NCBI GenBank assembly: GCA_944358855.1
Contig: CALVSC010000001.1
Location: 2,385 to 66,384, forward strand
DNA: 64,000 bases
From: an uncultured Bacilli bacterium
GTDB taxonomy: Bacteria; Bacillota_I; Bacilli_A; RF39; UBA660
Reading direction: 5' to 3'
Shown: piece after piece, positions 1-9,758 of the stretch
Position numbering within the stretch: the first letter of the stretch is position 1
Layout: every line of letters starts with the position of its first letter
Position numbers and translations under genes: made by a program
Notes under the pieces: model-generated
Database searches by the model: none
What the model was told of the DNA's origin: nothing
The model's input: the letters and a program-made list of their open reading frames with translations, nothing else

Positions 1-1480
1 TCTTGCTGAACTAGGTTATAAAGTGTCAAAAGAAGAGTTTGATAAATATATGAATATACAAAAAGAATTAGCTAAGAAAAATAGTAAGAATAAAACAAGT
101 ATGGCAAGTCAAAAGAAAGTGTTGTTGGATTTTAAAGAGAAAAGTCAATTTGTATATGGTATCTATCGTTTAAAAACAAGTGTTTTAGCTATTTTTTCTA
201 AAGATAGTATTGTTGATAAAGTTGATCATGATTGTTATATTGCGTTAAAGAGAACTTGTTGTTATGCTGAATCTGGTGGACAAGTTAGTGATACAGGTAT
301 GATTATTGGTAAGAATTTTAAAGCTCGTTTATTAGATTGTTTTAAGGCTCCTAATGGGCAACATATTCATAAAGTAAAGTTATTAGATGGTGTTATTTCT
401 TATGGTGATGAATGTGAAGTTATTCTTGATCGTGATAGACGTAAAAAAATAGAGTGTAATCATTCTAGTGTTCATATGTTACAGTATGCACTACAACAAT
501 GTGTATCATCTCAAATTAAACAAGCTGGTAGTTATGTAGATGAAAATAAATTAAGATTTGATTTTACTTATTCTGGTAAGATGAGTGATGATAAGATTAT
601 TGAAGTTGAGAACTTTGTTAATGATATGATACAAAAACATATTATTGTTTCTACAGAAATTATGCCTATTGATAAAGCTAAACAACTAGGAGCAATGGCG
701 TTATTTAATGAAAAATATGGGGATGTTGTTAGGGTTGTTAAAATTGGTAAGTCTATGGAATTATGTGGTGGAACACATGCTGCTAATACAAAAGATATAG
801 AAAAGTTTGCAATCTATAGTTATGAATCTAAAGGTAGTAATTTATTTAGAATTGAAGCAGCAACTGGTAAAAGATCAGAAGATATTTTATATGATGTTGT
901 GAAACCATATAAAGATGAGATTATTAAATTATTATTAAAAGCAAAAGAAATTATTGAAGAAGCACGTAGTCTTGGTATTAAATTAGATTTTGATGCAGAT
1001 GTTGAACAAACAAAGCCAGAGACTTTTAAAGATATTGTATTTTGTCGTAATGAATTACAATATGTACAAGGTGAAGTTAGAGATTTAGAAAAGAAGTTTA
1101 GAGACTTAAGAGAAAAACAGGTTTTATCTAACTTAGATATTTATCGTGAACATATTAAAGACTATAATGGTACTTTTGGACTTATTATGACAGTTGAGAA
1201 TAAAGATGTTAATTTACTTAAGAGTGTTTGTGATGCAATGATAGATGAAATGGGTACTGGTTTTGTATTCTTTGCTAATATTAAAGACAATGGAAGTATT
1301 AATTTTATTTCTCGTAGTAATTGTCATGCTAATAGTGGTCTTATTGTTAAAGATGCTAGTGTTTCTTCTGGAGGTAATGGTGGAGGTAGTCCTACTTTTG
1401 CTCAAGGTGGAGGTAAGACAAAAGATGCGTTACCAAAGATTTATACACATATTGAGAAAGTGTTAAGAAATGAAGAATAA
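1..1480 (+). CDS. alaS: alanine--tRNA ligase, C-terminal ~490 aa (5'-truncated by window edge)
   Basis: Editing-domain motifs HSSVHMLQYAL and CGGTHA, plus a C-Ala domain with Gly-rich SSGGNGGGSP tail. The ORF is open to the window start. Confidence 0.85.
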   Translation, partial: LAELGYKVSKEEFDKYMNIQKELAKKNSKNKTSMASQKKVLLDFKEKSQFVYGIYRLKTSVLAIFSKDSIVDKVDHDCYIALKRTCCYAESGGQVSDTGMIIGKNFKARLLDCFKAPNGQHIHKVKLLDGVISYGDECEVILDRDRRKKIECNHSSVHMLQYALQQCVSSQIKQAGSYVDENKLRFDFTYSGKMSDDKIIEVENFVNDMIQKHIIVSTEIMPIDKAKQLGAMALFNEKYGDVVRVVKIGKSMELCGGTHAANTKDIEKFAIYSYESKGSNLFRIEAATGKRSEDILYDVVKPYKDEIIKLLLKAKEIIEEARSLGIKLDFDADVEQTKPETFKDIVFCRNELQYVQGEVRDLEKKFRDLREKQVLSNLDIYREHIKDYNGTFGLIMTVENKDVNLLKSVCDAMIDEMGTGFVFFANIKDNGSINFISRSNCHANSGLIVKDASVSSGGNGGGSPTFAQGGGKTKDALPKIYTHIEKVLRNEE

Positions 1481-2408
1481 TTATTTGTTAGAAAGTGAAG
1501 ATAATTATCTGGTTGAGATGAAGATCCAAGAGATTATTAAAAATAATGATTTCTTGGGATCTCCTTATCACGTATATAATATGGATGAAGATAAACTAAG
1601 TCAGGTTTTAGAAGATTTAGATACTTATGGATTGTTTTCTTCTAAAAAAATAATAGAAGTAAATCATATAGAAAATTTAAGTAGTGATACAAGTGATAAG
1701 GATATTAAACATTTTATTCAATACTTTATGAATCCACTAGATACAAATTTAGTTTTTGTTACAGCTAATAAGTTAAATAATACTAAGAAATTAACGAAGG
1801 ATTTAAAGAAGTATTTAGAGGTAGTTAATGTCAGTTGTAATGCTTTAGATTTTGTGAAAGGGCAATTAAAAGATTATAGTTTAGAATCTGGTGTTGCTAG
1901 AAAGTTAGTGGATTTATGTTTAGAAGATATTGGTAGATTATATCAAGAATGTTGGAAGTTAAAGATGTATCGTTATGATACGAAGAAAATATCTTTGGAG
2001 GATGTTAATACTTTAGTAATACGTAAATTGGGAGATAGTAAAGATTTAACGTTTGAGTTTGTAAGAGTTTTAGCTTCTAAAGATAAAAAGGAAGCGTTAA
2101 AGAAGTATCATGAGTTACAAGAGTATTCGATTGATAGTCTTCCTTTAATAGGGTTACTTGCTAGTCAGTTTTTAATTATGTATCAAGTAAAGTTGTTAGA
2201 GAAAAAGAGTCATTCTAATAGTGATATTGCTACTATACTTGGTGAAAAGCCATATCGTATTCAAAAGACGAGAGAGTTAACGAAATATTATAGTTTAGAT
2301 GAGTTAGGTAGTATATTAAGAAGTCTTAGTGATATGGATTTAAAGATTAAGACTACGGATGTAGATGGTAGTTTTTTAATAGAGTTATTTATTTTAAAAA
2401 ATACTTAA
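1470..2408 (+). CDS. holA: DNA polymerase III delta subunit
   Basis: 312 aa with HolA-like N-terminus (GLFSSKKIIEV) and C-terminal clamp-loader delta pattern (EKPYRIQK...LKIKTTDVD...LELFIL). Overlaps the alaS stop by 11 nt. Confidence 0.65.
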   Translation: MKNNYLLESEDNYLVEMKIQEIIKNNDFLGSPYHVYNMDEDKLSQVLEDLDTYGLFSSKKIIEVNHIENLSSDTSDKDIKHFIQYFMNPLDTNLVFVTANKLNNTKKLTKDLKKYLEVVNVSCNALDFVKGQLKDYSLESGVARKLVDLCLEDIGRLYQECWKLKMYRYDTKKISLEDVNTLVIRKLGDSKDLTFEFVRVLASKDKKEALKKYHELQEYSIDSLPLIGLLASQFLIMYQVKLLEKKSHSNSDIATILGEKPYRIQKTRELTKYYSLDELGSILRSLSDMDLKIKTTDVDGSFLIELFILKNT

Positions 2409-2414
2409 AAAAGT

Positions 2415-2440
2415 CAAGAGTTATTGCTCTTGGCTTTTTA
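2415..2440. terminator. bidirectional intrinsic terminator between convergent holA and rarA
   Basis: Hairpin caagag-ttattg-ctcttg, flanked by an A-run upstream and a T-run downstream. Confidence 0.5.
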
Positions 2441-3641
2441 TTTTTTCTAATCTATCATATATTTCTTTTAAATTTTTTTCATATCCTATTTCTTTAGGGT
2501 GATAGTATTTTTTATTTTTTAGTTTATCTGGTAAGTATTGTTGAACTACATATGCTCCTTTATAGTCGTGTGGATATTTATAGTTAGTTGCGTTTGTTTT
2601 TATATGGGCTGGAATACTTCCTACATTTCCTTGTTCAATATCTTTTATGGCTTCATCTAGCGAGGTGTGGGCTGTATTACTTTTTGGTGATAGAGCCATT
2701 TCACAAACAATTTCTCCTAGAGGAATTCTTGCTTCTGGTAGTCCAACTCTTTCTGATGCGTTAATAGCAGCATCTAATCTAGGTCCTATGGCAGGGTTTG
2801 CTAGTCCTATATCTTCATAGGCTATAACGGATAATCTTCTGTAGATTGAGTCAAGGTCTTCTTCTACTAATAATCTTGCTAAGTAGTGTAGGGCAGCGTC
2901 TACATCACTTCCTCTTATTGATTTTTGTAATCCGCTTAGTACATCGTAGTGTCCTTCTCCGTTTTTATCAGAAAAGAATACGGGTTTATTATTTATCTTT
3001 TTAATCTTTTCTTCTGTTATTTTTTTATCGTCTGTAGAGTAGTAAGCAACTTCTAATAGGTTGTAAGCGTATCTTAAGTCGCTTCCAGAGAGTTTTGCAA
3101 TTAGTTCAATACTTTTGTTGTCAATTTCAATTCCTTCTAAATCGGGGTGTTTTATGGCCTTTTTAAGGCCTTCTATGATATCTTGCTCTTCTAGGTCATG
3201 TAATTCGAATATTTGACATCTACTACGTATAGCAGGGTTAATGGCATGATATGGATTAGAAGTTGTCATACCGATTAATGTTATTAATCCACTTTCTAAT
3301 TGTGGTAGTAAGATATCTTGTTTATCTTTATTTAATCGATGTATTTCATCCATAATTAAGATGATTCCGTCATACATTTTGGCTTCTTCTATTACAACAT
3401 CTAAGTCTTTTTTTGTGTTGATAGTAGCGTTTAAAAAACGATATCTTTCTCCTAAATCATTTACAATGGCGTTTGCAATAGAGGTTTTTCCTATTCCTGG
3501 TTTTCCATATAGTATCATGGAAAATAGTTTTTTATTTTTTACTAAGTTTGATAGTATTTTGCCATCTCCAACTAAGTGTTTTTGACCAATTATATCATTT
3601 AGAGTTTTAGGTGCTAATTTTAAAGCTAAAGGTTTGTTCAT
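2421..3641 (-). CDS. rarA: replication-associated recombination protein A (AAA+ ATPase RarA/MgsA)
   Basis: Walker A GKPGIGKTS, Walker B ILIMDEIHR, and a conserved MgsA C-terminal region (HYDVLSGLQKSIRGSDVDAALHYLARLL). Confidence 0.85.
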   Translation of the reverse strand: MNKPLALKLAPKTLNDIIGQKHLVGDGKILSNLVKNKKLFSMILYGKPGIGKTSIANAIVNDLGERYRFLNATINTKKDLDVVIEEAKMYDGIILIMDEIHRLNKDKQDILLPQLESGLITLIGMTTSNPYHAINPAIRSRCQIFELHDLEEQDIIEGLKKAIKHPDLEGIEIDNKSIELIAKLSGSDLRYAYNLLEVAYYSTDDKKITEEKIKKINNKPVFFSDKNGEGHYDVLSGLQKSIRGSDVDAALHYLARLLVEEDLDSIYRRLSVIAYEDIGLANPAIGPRLDAAINASERVGLPEARIPLGEIVCEMALSPKSNTAHTSLDEAIKDIEQGNVGSIPAHIKTNATNYKYPHDYKGAYVVQQYLPDKLKNKKYYHPKEIGYEKNLKEIYDRLEKIKSQEQ

Positions 3642-3662
3642 GTTATCACCATTTCTATTGTA

Positions 3663-4598
3663 TCATATCTTAGGGTTATTTCTTTTTACTTTTTGATATT
3701 GATGGTAGAAGCCTTTGGCGTCTTCTTCATCTGTTGCGATTAGTTCCACTAGTTGATCAAAGTAGTTATCTCTCGGTTGTTGATGGTAATATTCTCCTTC
3801 ATATCTTTTTTTACTTTGTTCTAGTAGTTTATTTACTTGTTGATTTAGTCTGTATCTTTGAAATGTTCCATCACTTATTGCTTGTATTAGTTTTACGGTA
3901 AAGTTAATGTTATTTTGAATGGTCTTTTCTTTTAATGTTCCGTTAGGATAACGAAATTCTATTTGACTTTCACTTGGTCTAATATGTACGGCATCTAAAT
4001 CTGTAAATATATTGGGTAGGCGTCTATGTTCTTCATCTATTATTCCTTGAAAGAATTCTCTTTCTTTTTTACCCGTTAACAATCTTGGCCTTATTAATCT
4101 TGCATAACCATCTAGTGTCTCTCTTTCTTCTCCATAATCTCCCATATAGAAAGCATATATTTCTGGTTCATAGATTGCTAGTATTTGAGCTAGTGTTTCA
4201 TAAAACTCTCTTTTATTTTTTGTGGTTGAAATATCTACCGTAACGTGATTACTACAAGTAGAGGTTATTTGAGCATGCAGTTCTCGTAACATTTTACAAA
4301 TTTTTTTTAATTCTTTCCAATCGTAGGGAACATCATGCATAATTTTACTAGATAGTTCTCCACCTACAAAACGTCTTATACCGGGTATTCCTATCTTTTC
4401 TTTCGTCACAGTTGCATCTTCGTCTAAATACCACACATCATATGGTAGTTTTTTAGCATAATGCCTATAGATATATTCAATTGGTAAATGTTCTTTTTTA
4501 CTTTCTTTTTTTATATCAGCTAATAAAACATCAGCAAATTCTATTTCTACACCAAACGTTTGGTCTTTATTAAATCCTAAATCTGTTCTATATTTCAT
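3663..4598 (-). CDS. hypothetical protein, possibly an amidoligase / glutamine-synthetase-like-fold enzyme
   Basis: N-terminal FGVEIEF motif resembles the GvEiEf start of the putative-amidoligase / carboxylate-amine ligase families. There is no other recognisable motif. From memory only. Confidence 0.3.
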   Translation of the reverse strand: MKYRTDLGFNKDQTFGVEIEFADVLLADIKKESKKEHLPIEYIYRHYAKKLPYDVWYLDEDATVTKEKIGIPGIRRFVGGELSSKIMHDVPYDWKELKKICKMLRELHAQITSTCSNHVTVDISTTKNKREFYETLAQILAIYEPEIYAFYMGDYGEERETLDGYARLIRPRLLTGKKEREFFQGIIDEEHRRLPNIFTDLDAVHIRPSESQIEFRYPNGTLKEKTIQNNINFTVKLIQAISDGTFQRYRLNQQVNKLLEQSKKRYEGEYYHQQPRDNYFDQLVELIATDEEDAKGFYHQYQKVKRNNPKI

Positions 4599-4703
4599 GT
4601 GTCCTCCTTATAGGGAACTTCATTATACTACTTTTCTTTTTTATAGGAAAGTGTAAAGTTGTATTTTTTTGATATTTATTCTATACTAACTATAGGTGAT
4701 ACT

Positions 4704-5609
4704 ATGAAAATAGAGGATGCTATCGAAGATTTTATACAATATTCTTTGTTTGAAAAAGGGTTAACTGATCAAAGTGTTAAGTCTTATCGTAATGATTTAG
4801 ATGTTTATTTAAATTTTTTAAAAAACAAGAATATTTCTGTTGTTTCTGATATTAAAAGTGATGATATAAAAGAGTTTTTAAAGATGCGAAGTAATAGTGA
4901 GACTACAGCAACGATTGCTCATAATTTAACGGTTATTAAGAATTTTCATAAGTATTTAATAAAAGAAAATATTGTAAAAGAAGATGTTTCTTTATTTATT
5001 TCACGACCTAAGTTAAAAAAGAGTATTCCTAGGGCATTAAGTGTCGATGAGGTTGATTTACTCCTTGATATTCCACTATCTACGCCATTTGACTATCGTA
5101 ATAAAGCTATGTTAGAATTAATGTATGGAGCAGGACTTAGAGTGAGTGAATTAGTAAGTCTTAATCTAAATCAAATTGATTTAGAAAATGGAATGATACG
5201 TATTCTTGGAAAAGGAAGAAAAGAAAGAGATATTCCTATAGGAGAATATGGTATTTATTATTTAAAACTTTATTTAGAACATCGTAGTGCTTTAGTTAAA
5301 AATACTTTAGTAGATTCGTTGTTTTTAAATAATCATGGGAAACAGATTACAAGACAAGGATTTTTTAAGATTTTAAAACAATTACTTATCGATAAAGGGT
5401 TAAATCCTGATGTTTCTCCTCACACTTTGCGTCATAGTTTTGCTACTCATTTGCTTAGTAGAGGTGCAGATCTTAGAAGTATTCAAGAGATGTTAGGGCA
5501 TTCTGATATTTCGACTACTAAGATTTATACGCAAGTAAGTTTAGAAAAAGTGGAGGAAGATTATAAGAAATATCACCCTAGGGAGCATAAAGGAGATTGG
5601 AAAGAATGA
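4704..5609 (+). CDS. xerD: tyrosine recombinase XerD (chromosome dimer resolution)
   Basis: HTLRHSFATHLL...GHSDISTTKIYTQV catalytic R-H-R-Y region and ELMYGAGLRVSELVSL box I. The start was moved to the ATG at 4704, which follows an RBS. The gene lies 2.7 kb from the dif site. Confidence 0.8.
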   Translation: MKIEDAIEDFIQYSLFEKGLTDQSVKSYRNDLDVYLNFLKNKNISVVSDIKSDDIKEFLKMRSNSETTATIAHNLTVIKNFHKYLIKENIVKEDVSLFISRPKLKKSIPRALSVDEVDLLLDIPLSTPFDYRNKAMLELMYGAGLRVSELVSLNLNQIDLENGMIRILGKGRKERDIPIGEYGIYYLKLYLEHRSALVKNTLVDSLFLNNHGKQITRQGFFKILKQLLIDKGLNPDVSPHTLRHSFATHLLSRGADLRSIQEMLGHSDISTTKIYTQVSLEKVEEDYKKYHPREHKGDWKE

Positions 5610-6772
5610 GATTTAAACGTATATTTTTAATGGTTTTAGATTCCGTTGGAGTAGGGGAAGCGAGTGATGCACTAAATTATGGTGATGGTGGTGCTAATAC
5701 ATTAGGGCATGTTCGAGATCATTATGATTTGTTTATTCCTAATTTAAAGAAAATTGGGTTTTTAGATACGATTAATATGAATGATAATCCAGATGTTGAA
5801 GCTTATTATACAATAGCTAAGCCAAATAACGCTGGTAAAGACAGTTTAAATGGTCATTATGAGATGATGGGTATTGAAAATGATATTCCGTTTAAGACGT
5901 TTAACCAGGGCTTTACGTTTGATATTTTAAATGGTATTGAACAAGTTACTGGTCGTAGAGTTATAGGTAATAAGTGTTGTCATGATGATTCTATTATACA
6001 AGAACTTGGTGAAAGGCAACAGAATTATGGAGCGTTAATTATTTATACTTCTGCTGATTCTGATTTACAAGTTGCTGCACATGAAGATTGTATTCCGGTT
6101 GCTACATTATATGAGTATTGTGAAAGAATTAGAGCACTTACTTTACGGGATGAGTGGAGAGTTGGTCGAGTAATTGCTAGACCATTTACTGGTACTCCAG
6201 GACATTATAAGTTTATTCATAGTGGTAGAAGAGATTATTCTGTTAAACCTCCGAGAAAGTCTGTTTTGGATAGTTTAGTTGAAAATAAATATAATGTTAT
6301 TGGTATTGGCAAGATTAATGATATTTTTGATGGACAAGGTATTAATAAACAGATGAAGGCTAATAATAATAGTGAAGCTATTAATAAATTTACTGATATT
6401 ATAGATAAAAACTTTACTGGACTATGTATGGTTAATTTATCTGACTTTGATAGTTTATATGGCCATACAAGAGATGTTGAGGGTTATGGTAAAGCCCTTG
6501 AGGAATTAGATGTAGAAATCCCGATTATTTTAAATAAATTAGATACAGGAGATTTGCTTATTATTACAGCAGATCATGGTAATGATCCTACTTTTGCAGG
6601 TAGTGATCATACTAGAGAAAATGTACCAGTTATATTGTATAGTCGTGATTTTTTAGAGCCAAAGCGGTTGGATGCTTTTGATACATTTGCAAATATTGGC
6701 GCAACAATTGCTGATAATTTTGATGTAGAAATGCCACCGATTGGTAAAAGTATATTAGATAGTTTGGAGTAG
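5606..6772 (+). CDS. deoB: phosphopentomutase
   Basis: N-terminal FLMVLDSVGVGE and C-terminal ITADHGNDPT metal-binding motifs typical of DeoB. The ATG overlaps the xerD stop (ATGA). Confidence 0.85.
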   Translation: MRFKRIFLMVLDSVGVGEASDALNYGDGGANTLGHVRDHYDLFIPNLKKIGFLDTINMNDNPDVEAYYTIAKPNNAGKDSLNGHYEMMGIENDIPFKTFNQGFTFDILNGIEQVTGRRVIGNKCCHDDSIIQELGERQQNYGALIIYTSADSDLQVAAHEDCIPVATLYEYCERIRALTLRDEWRVGRVIARPFTGTPGHYKFIHSGRRDYSVKPPRKSVLDSLVENKYNVIGIGKINDIFDGQGINKQMKANNNSEAINKFTDIIDKNFTGLCMVNLSDFDSLYGHTRDVEGYGKALEELDVEIPIILNKLDTGDLLIITADHGNDPTFAGSDHTRENVPVILYSRDFLEPKRLDAFDTFANIGATIADNFDVEMPPIGKSILDSLE

Positions 6773-6776
6773 TTTT

Positions 6777-7751
6777 ATGAATGTCGATAAGCCTATTATT
6801 TCAGTTATTTCTGACCAATACTCAGAAGATGATTACAGTGTGTTAGTAGAAGATGCAATGAAGCAATTAGATCAAGATAAGTCACATCTACCGTTTGTGC
6901 ATCATATTTATGTTCCTTTTTTTGAACAGGGAATTCCTGTTGTTCATATGAGACCTAAAAGGTTTTCAGATGGAACATTATCTTATGTTTTAACAACTTT
7001 TATGCCTAAGAATATTGGATTTCAAAATATGATTGATTTAAAGCATAAAATTAAGGAGTTTGAAGCAGGTTGTGATATTTCTAGAGAAGAAGTAGTGTAT
7101 GTGAAAGATAAGAATTCTTTTGGGGGTTATGATTATGAGTTTTATCCTCCTGTTATTGAAGAGAAAACAACACCTTTAACAGATATATGTGATATGTTTT
7201 ATAGAGATGCAAATGGAATGTCTTCTGATGAAGAAAAAAAGATGTTTTCAAAATTTAGAGAATTTGATTTAAATAGTATGTTTTTTGATGAAAGCTATTT
7301 ATCTTATCCTATTAATCATAATGGTTGTGGCGTTATTTTAATTAATCAAGAGGGTAGAGTAAGGCCTTCTCCTGTTACTAAAAATGTGCATATTGAAACG
7401 TTATCTTATTTACTATCTGAAGAAATAGGAGAGGATGTTACTGGAAAATATACTTTCCCTGAAGTTGTTTCCGATTATAAAATGGGTGTTGTTTTAATAA
7501 GAGATGGTCAAACACAAATGTTTATTCCTTCTCAAATTACAGATGAACAAAAAAAGGGACTTATCGAAGTTTATGAAGATTTGTATGATTCTTCTTGTGG
7601 TGGGGACTTTGGAAACTCTATTACTTGCGCTACATTAGGTGATGATAATCATGTAATAGATGCTGGTTCTAGAAGAGATGATATCTTAGAGATATTTAAT
7701 CGTTTTTCTTCTCATGAGGTAGAAGAGGGGAGCAATAGAAAAAGAGTCTAG
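6777..7751 (+). CDS. hypothetical protein
   Basis: 324-aa ORF with a GGAG RBS and no recognised motif. Confidence 0.5.
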   Translation: MNVDKPIISVISDQYSEDDYSVLVEDAMKQLDQDKSHLPFVHHIYVPFFEQGIPVVHMRPKRFSDGTLSYVLTTFMPKNIGFQNMIDLKHKIKEFEAGCDISREEVVYVKDKNSFGGYDYEFYPPVIEEKTTPLTDICDMFYRDANGMSSDEEKKMFSKFREFDLNSMFFDESYLSYPINHNGCGVILINQEGRVRPSPVTKNVHIETLSYLLSEEIGEDVTGKYTFPEVVSDYKMGVVLIRDGQTQMFIPSQITDEQKKGLIEVYEDLYDSSCGGDFGNSITCATLGDDNHVIDAGSRRDDILEIFNRFSSHEVEEGSNRKRV

Positions 7752-7768
7752 GTTAGGCTCTTTTTTTT
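7741..7768 (+). terminator. intrinsic terminator
   Basis: aaagag-tctaggttagg-ctcttt hairpin followed by T8. It overlaps the stop codon of the preceding gene. Confidence 0.4.
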
Positions 7769-7780
7769 GTTATACTCCCC

Positions 7781-7939
7781 CTACTTTTTTTCTTTAAAAT
7801 TTTCGCAGACAGTCTCTTCTACTTTTTTACAAGAATCGTTATTACAAGTACATCCTACTTTTATTTCTTTTAATTTACAACAATTTGTTTTACAATCATT
7901 ATGCTTACATGTTTCTACATCACACTTAATATTATTCAT
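7781..7939 (-). CDS. small Cys-rich protein, DUF1540-like (52 aa; absent from the ORF track)
   Basis: Hand translation gives MNNIKCDVETCKHNDCKTNCCKLKEIKVGCTCNNDSCKKVEETVCENFKEKK, matching the VKCDV.NC.....C.A..I.V....C....C.TF pattern of DUF1540. A GGAGG RBS sits 8 nt upstream. Confidence 0.6.
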   Translation of the reverse strand: MNNIKCDVETCKHNDCKTNCCKLKEIKVGCTCNNDSCKKVEETVCENFKEKK

Positions 7940-8327
7940 ATAATCCCTCCTTAATCTTAGTATGCGTTTATTTTCTTTTTTTATTCTTTCCTAATTTAAA
8001 TCGAGATGGGTAATTGTTCATCTTTTATTATTTCGATTCATTTTAGAGCATTCTAATATTGGAGTAGTTGTAGTGTAGGCGTTTGTTTCTTATTATATAT
8101 AATATATAATGTAATATAATAAGGTTATCTATAATATAGAAATAAAAAGATATATAATTAATTTATATATCAGTAAAAAAAATAATTTTAAATTGTTGTT
8201 AATTATATAATTTATTATTTAATAAATAATCTATATTAAATATAGTATAATGTAGTAGATATATAAGTTATTAGATAAAAATATATTATTTTTTATTATT
8301 TTTCTTTAATTTTTTATTTTATATCTA

Positions 8328-8355
8328 ACTTCCTATAATTGATATTATGTTAACT
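8328..8355. other. dif site (XerC/XerD chromosome dimer resolution site)
   Basis: ACTTCCTATAATTGATATTATGTTAACT matches 24/28 positions of B. subtilis dif ACTTCCTAGAATATATATTATGTAAACT. It lies in an AT-rich gap where predominant gene orientation converges. Confidence 0.75.
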
Positions 8356-8368
8356 TCTTATAGGAGTA

Positions 8369-8863
8369 CTATTTCGATGGTGGTAAGATAATAGTGTTTT
8401 TCTTTATTTCTTCTTTTATTCTTTTTAATACGTATTGTTGTTCATTAGGATAATTAGTATGAAATGTTAATATAGGAATACTTGCTTTTTTACATATTTC
8501 TTGAACTTTTATGTCACATTGTTTTCTTTTGGGTTGATTATGAGTGTTGTCATTTAATTCTATTAATAATAATAGTTTTTTATAATCTTTGGTAAATATC
8601 GCATAATCAATATTTCTATATAGTTCATTTTGATATTTTATATTACTTTCTTTTTCTATTATAGTTGCGAGATTTATTTGTGGTATTATTTTATATTCTT
8701 CTTCTAGTGGTTTTAGTTTTTGATAAAATTTGTTTTCTTTTTCTGTTAAAAATTCTTTTCTTTTATAATTAACATTAGTGTTTCTTTTTAATTTATTTTC
8801 TGTATAATGACCAATAAATCCTATTATTAAAAAAATAATTAACCACATTAACATGTTGTCCAT
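8369..8863 (-). CDS. membrane-anchored DUF2726-like (restriction-endonuclease-fold) protein
   Basis: N-terminal TM helix followed by a YAIFTKDYKKLLLLIELNDNTHNQPKRKQCDIKVQEICKKASIPILTF core that resembles DUF2726 / NERD-type PD-(D/E)xK modules. Confidence 0.45.
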   Translation of the reverse strand: MDNMLMWLIIFLIIGFIGHYTENKLKRNTNVNYKRKEFLTEKENKFYQKLKPLEEEYKIIPQINLATIIEKESNIKYQNELYRNIDYAIFTKDYKKLLLLIELNDNTHNQPKRKQCDIKVQEICKKASIPILTFHTNYPNEQQYVLKRIKEEIKKNTIILPPSK

Positions 8864-8909
8864 TGTTATCCCCTACTCTTTCTATAGTAAAAAAGATTCC
8901 TTTTGGAAT

Positions 8910-9677
8910 CTATACTTTTCTTGATTGAATTTCTGCGATTTTTTCAAATACTTCTTTGGCATTATCTTCATTGATTTCTGTATATCCTAGTTCTGATAAT
9001 GCTTGTACTTTAGCAGAGTTTAATTCTTGTGTTCTTGATAATTTTTCTTCTTTTTTATGTTCAATATCTTGAACGAAACGTTTATGGGTTTCACTTATTT
9101 TATTTTTAGAAGCTCCACCATTATTATATAATGTCATGGCACTAAACATAATACTTTCAAAGATAAATTGTTTATCATTATTAAAAACAAATTCCATTGG
9201 ATCAGTAAATCCTAGAGCTTTAGACATATAAGCTAATATGTATTTTAATTCTTCTGTTGTTTCCATTGATTGTAAGAAATGATGTAGGTATATATATGTG
9301 TTATATGTTTCTTTTGTTTTATCTGTTGCTAGTTTTTCTTTTAATAAATTAATAATATCTGATAATAGTTCTTGTTCTTTTTTATTAAAACCTTTTAAAT
9401 CAGCAATTACTTCTTTATTAGAAGAATCTTTTACGCCTTCTTTTAATCTATTTTCTACTTCTATAATATATTCACCATTAATTTTTATATCTTTTAATTC
9501 ATCAATACTTTCTATATTTAATAAACTTAGTAATTTGGCTGCTTTTTCTTTTGGCCAGTCATTTAAATTTTCTATAGCTAAATAGTTGTATAACATTTGT
9601 CTAGAAACTCCTAAGTATTTTGCAAGTCTTACTTTACTGATTCCTAGTTCTGTTAGTACTACGTTTAATTCTTTCAT
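8910..9677 (-). CDS. HTH (XRE-like) DNA-binding protein with ~190-aa C-terminal domain of unknown function
   Basis: N-terminal LTELGISKVRLAKYLGVSRQMLYNYL helix-turn-helix. Confidence 0.55.
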   Translation of the reverse strand: MKELNVVLTELGISKVRLAKYLGVSRQMLYNYLAIENLNDWPKEKAAKLLSLLNIESIDELKDIKINGEYIIEVENRLKEGVKDSSNKEVIADLKGFNKKEQELLSDIINLLKEKLATDKTKETYNTYIYLHHFLQSMETTEELKYILAYMSKALGFTDPMEFVFNNDKQFIFESIMFSAMTLYNNGGASKNKISETHKRFVQDIEHKKEEKLSRTQELNSAKVQALSELGYTEINEDNAKEVFEKIAEIQSRKV

Positions 9678-9758
9678 GTTTATTTACCCTCCTAATATAA
9701 TTATAGACATAATAGTGTTAATAATCAAGTGTAAATTGACACATATTTTTTGTTTTGT

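Noticed and set aside
1214-1466. Two short ORFs (63 and 73 aa) inside alaS
   Set aside because: They are alternative-frame or antisense to a confidently identified aaRS gene. The low-complexity Leu/Val/Thr-rich translations are typical of AT-rich spurious ORFs.
4704-5609. Tyrosine recombinase considered as a phage/ICE integrase marking a mobile element
   Set aside because: The full XerD-type motif set is present. It has a housekeeping neighbourhood (rarA, deoB) and a cognate dif site nearby. No phage or conjugation genes are in the window.
8100-8340. Very AT-rich repeat-like tract considered as a CRISPR array or replication origin
   Set aside because: There are no regularly spaced direct repeats of 25-40 bp and no DnaA-box (TTATCCACA) clusters. 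Convergent gene orientation and a dif site indicate a terminus, not an origin.
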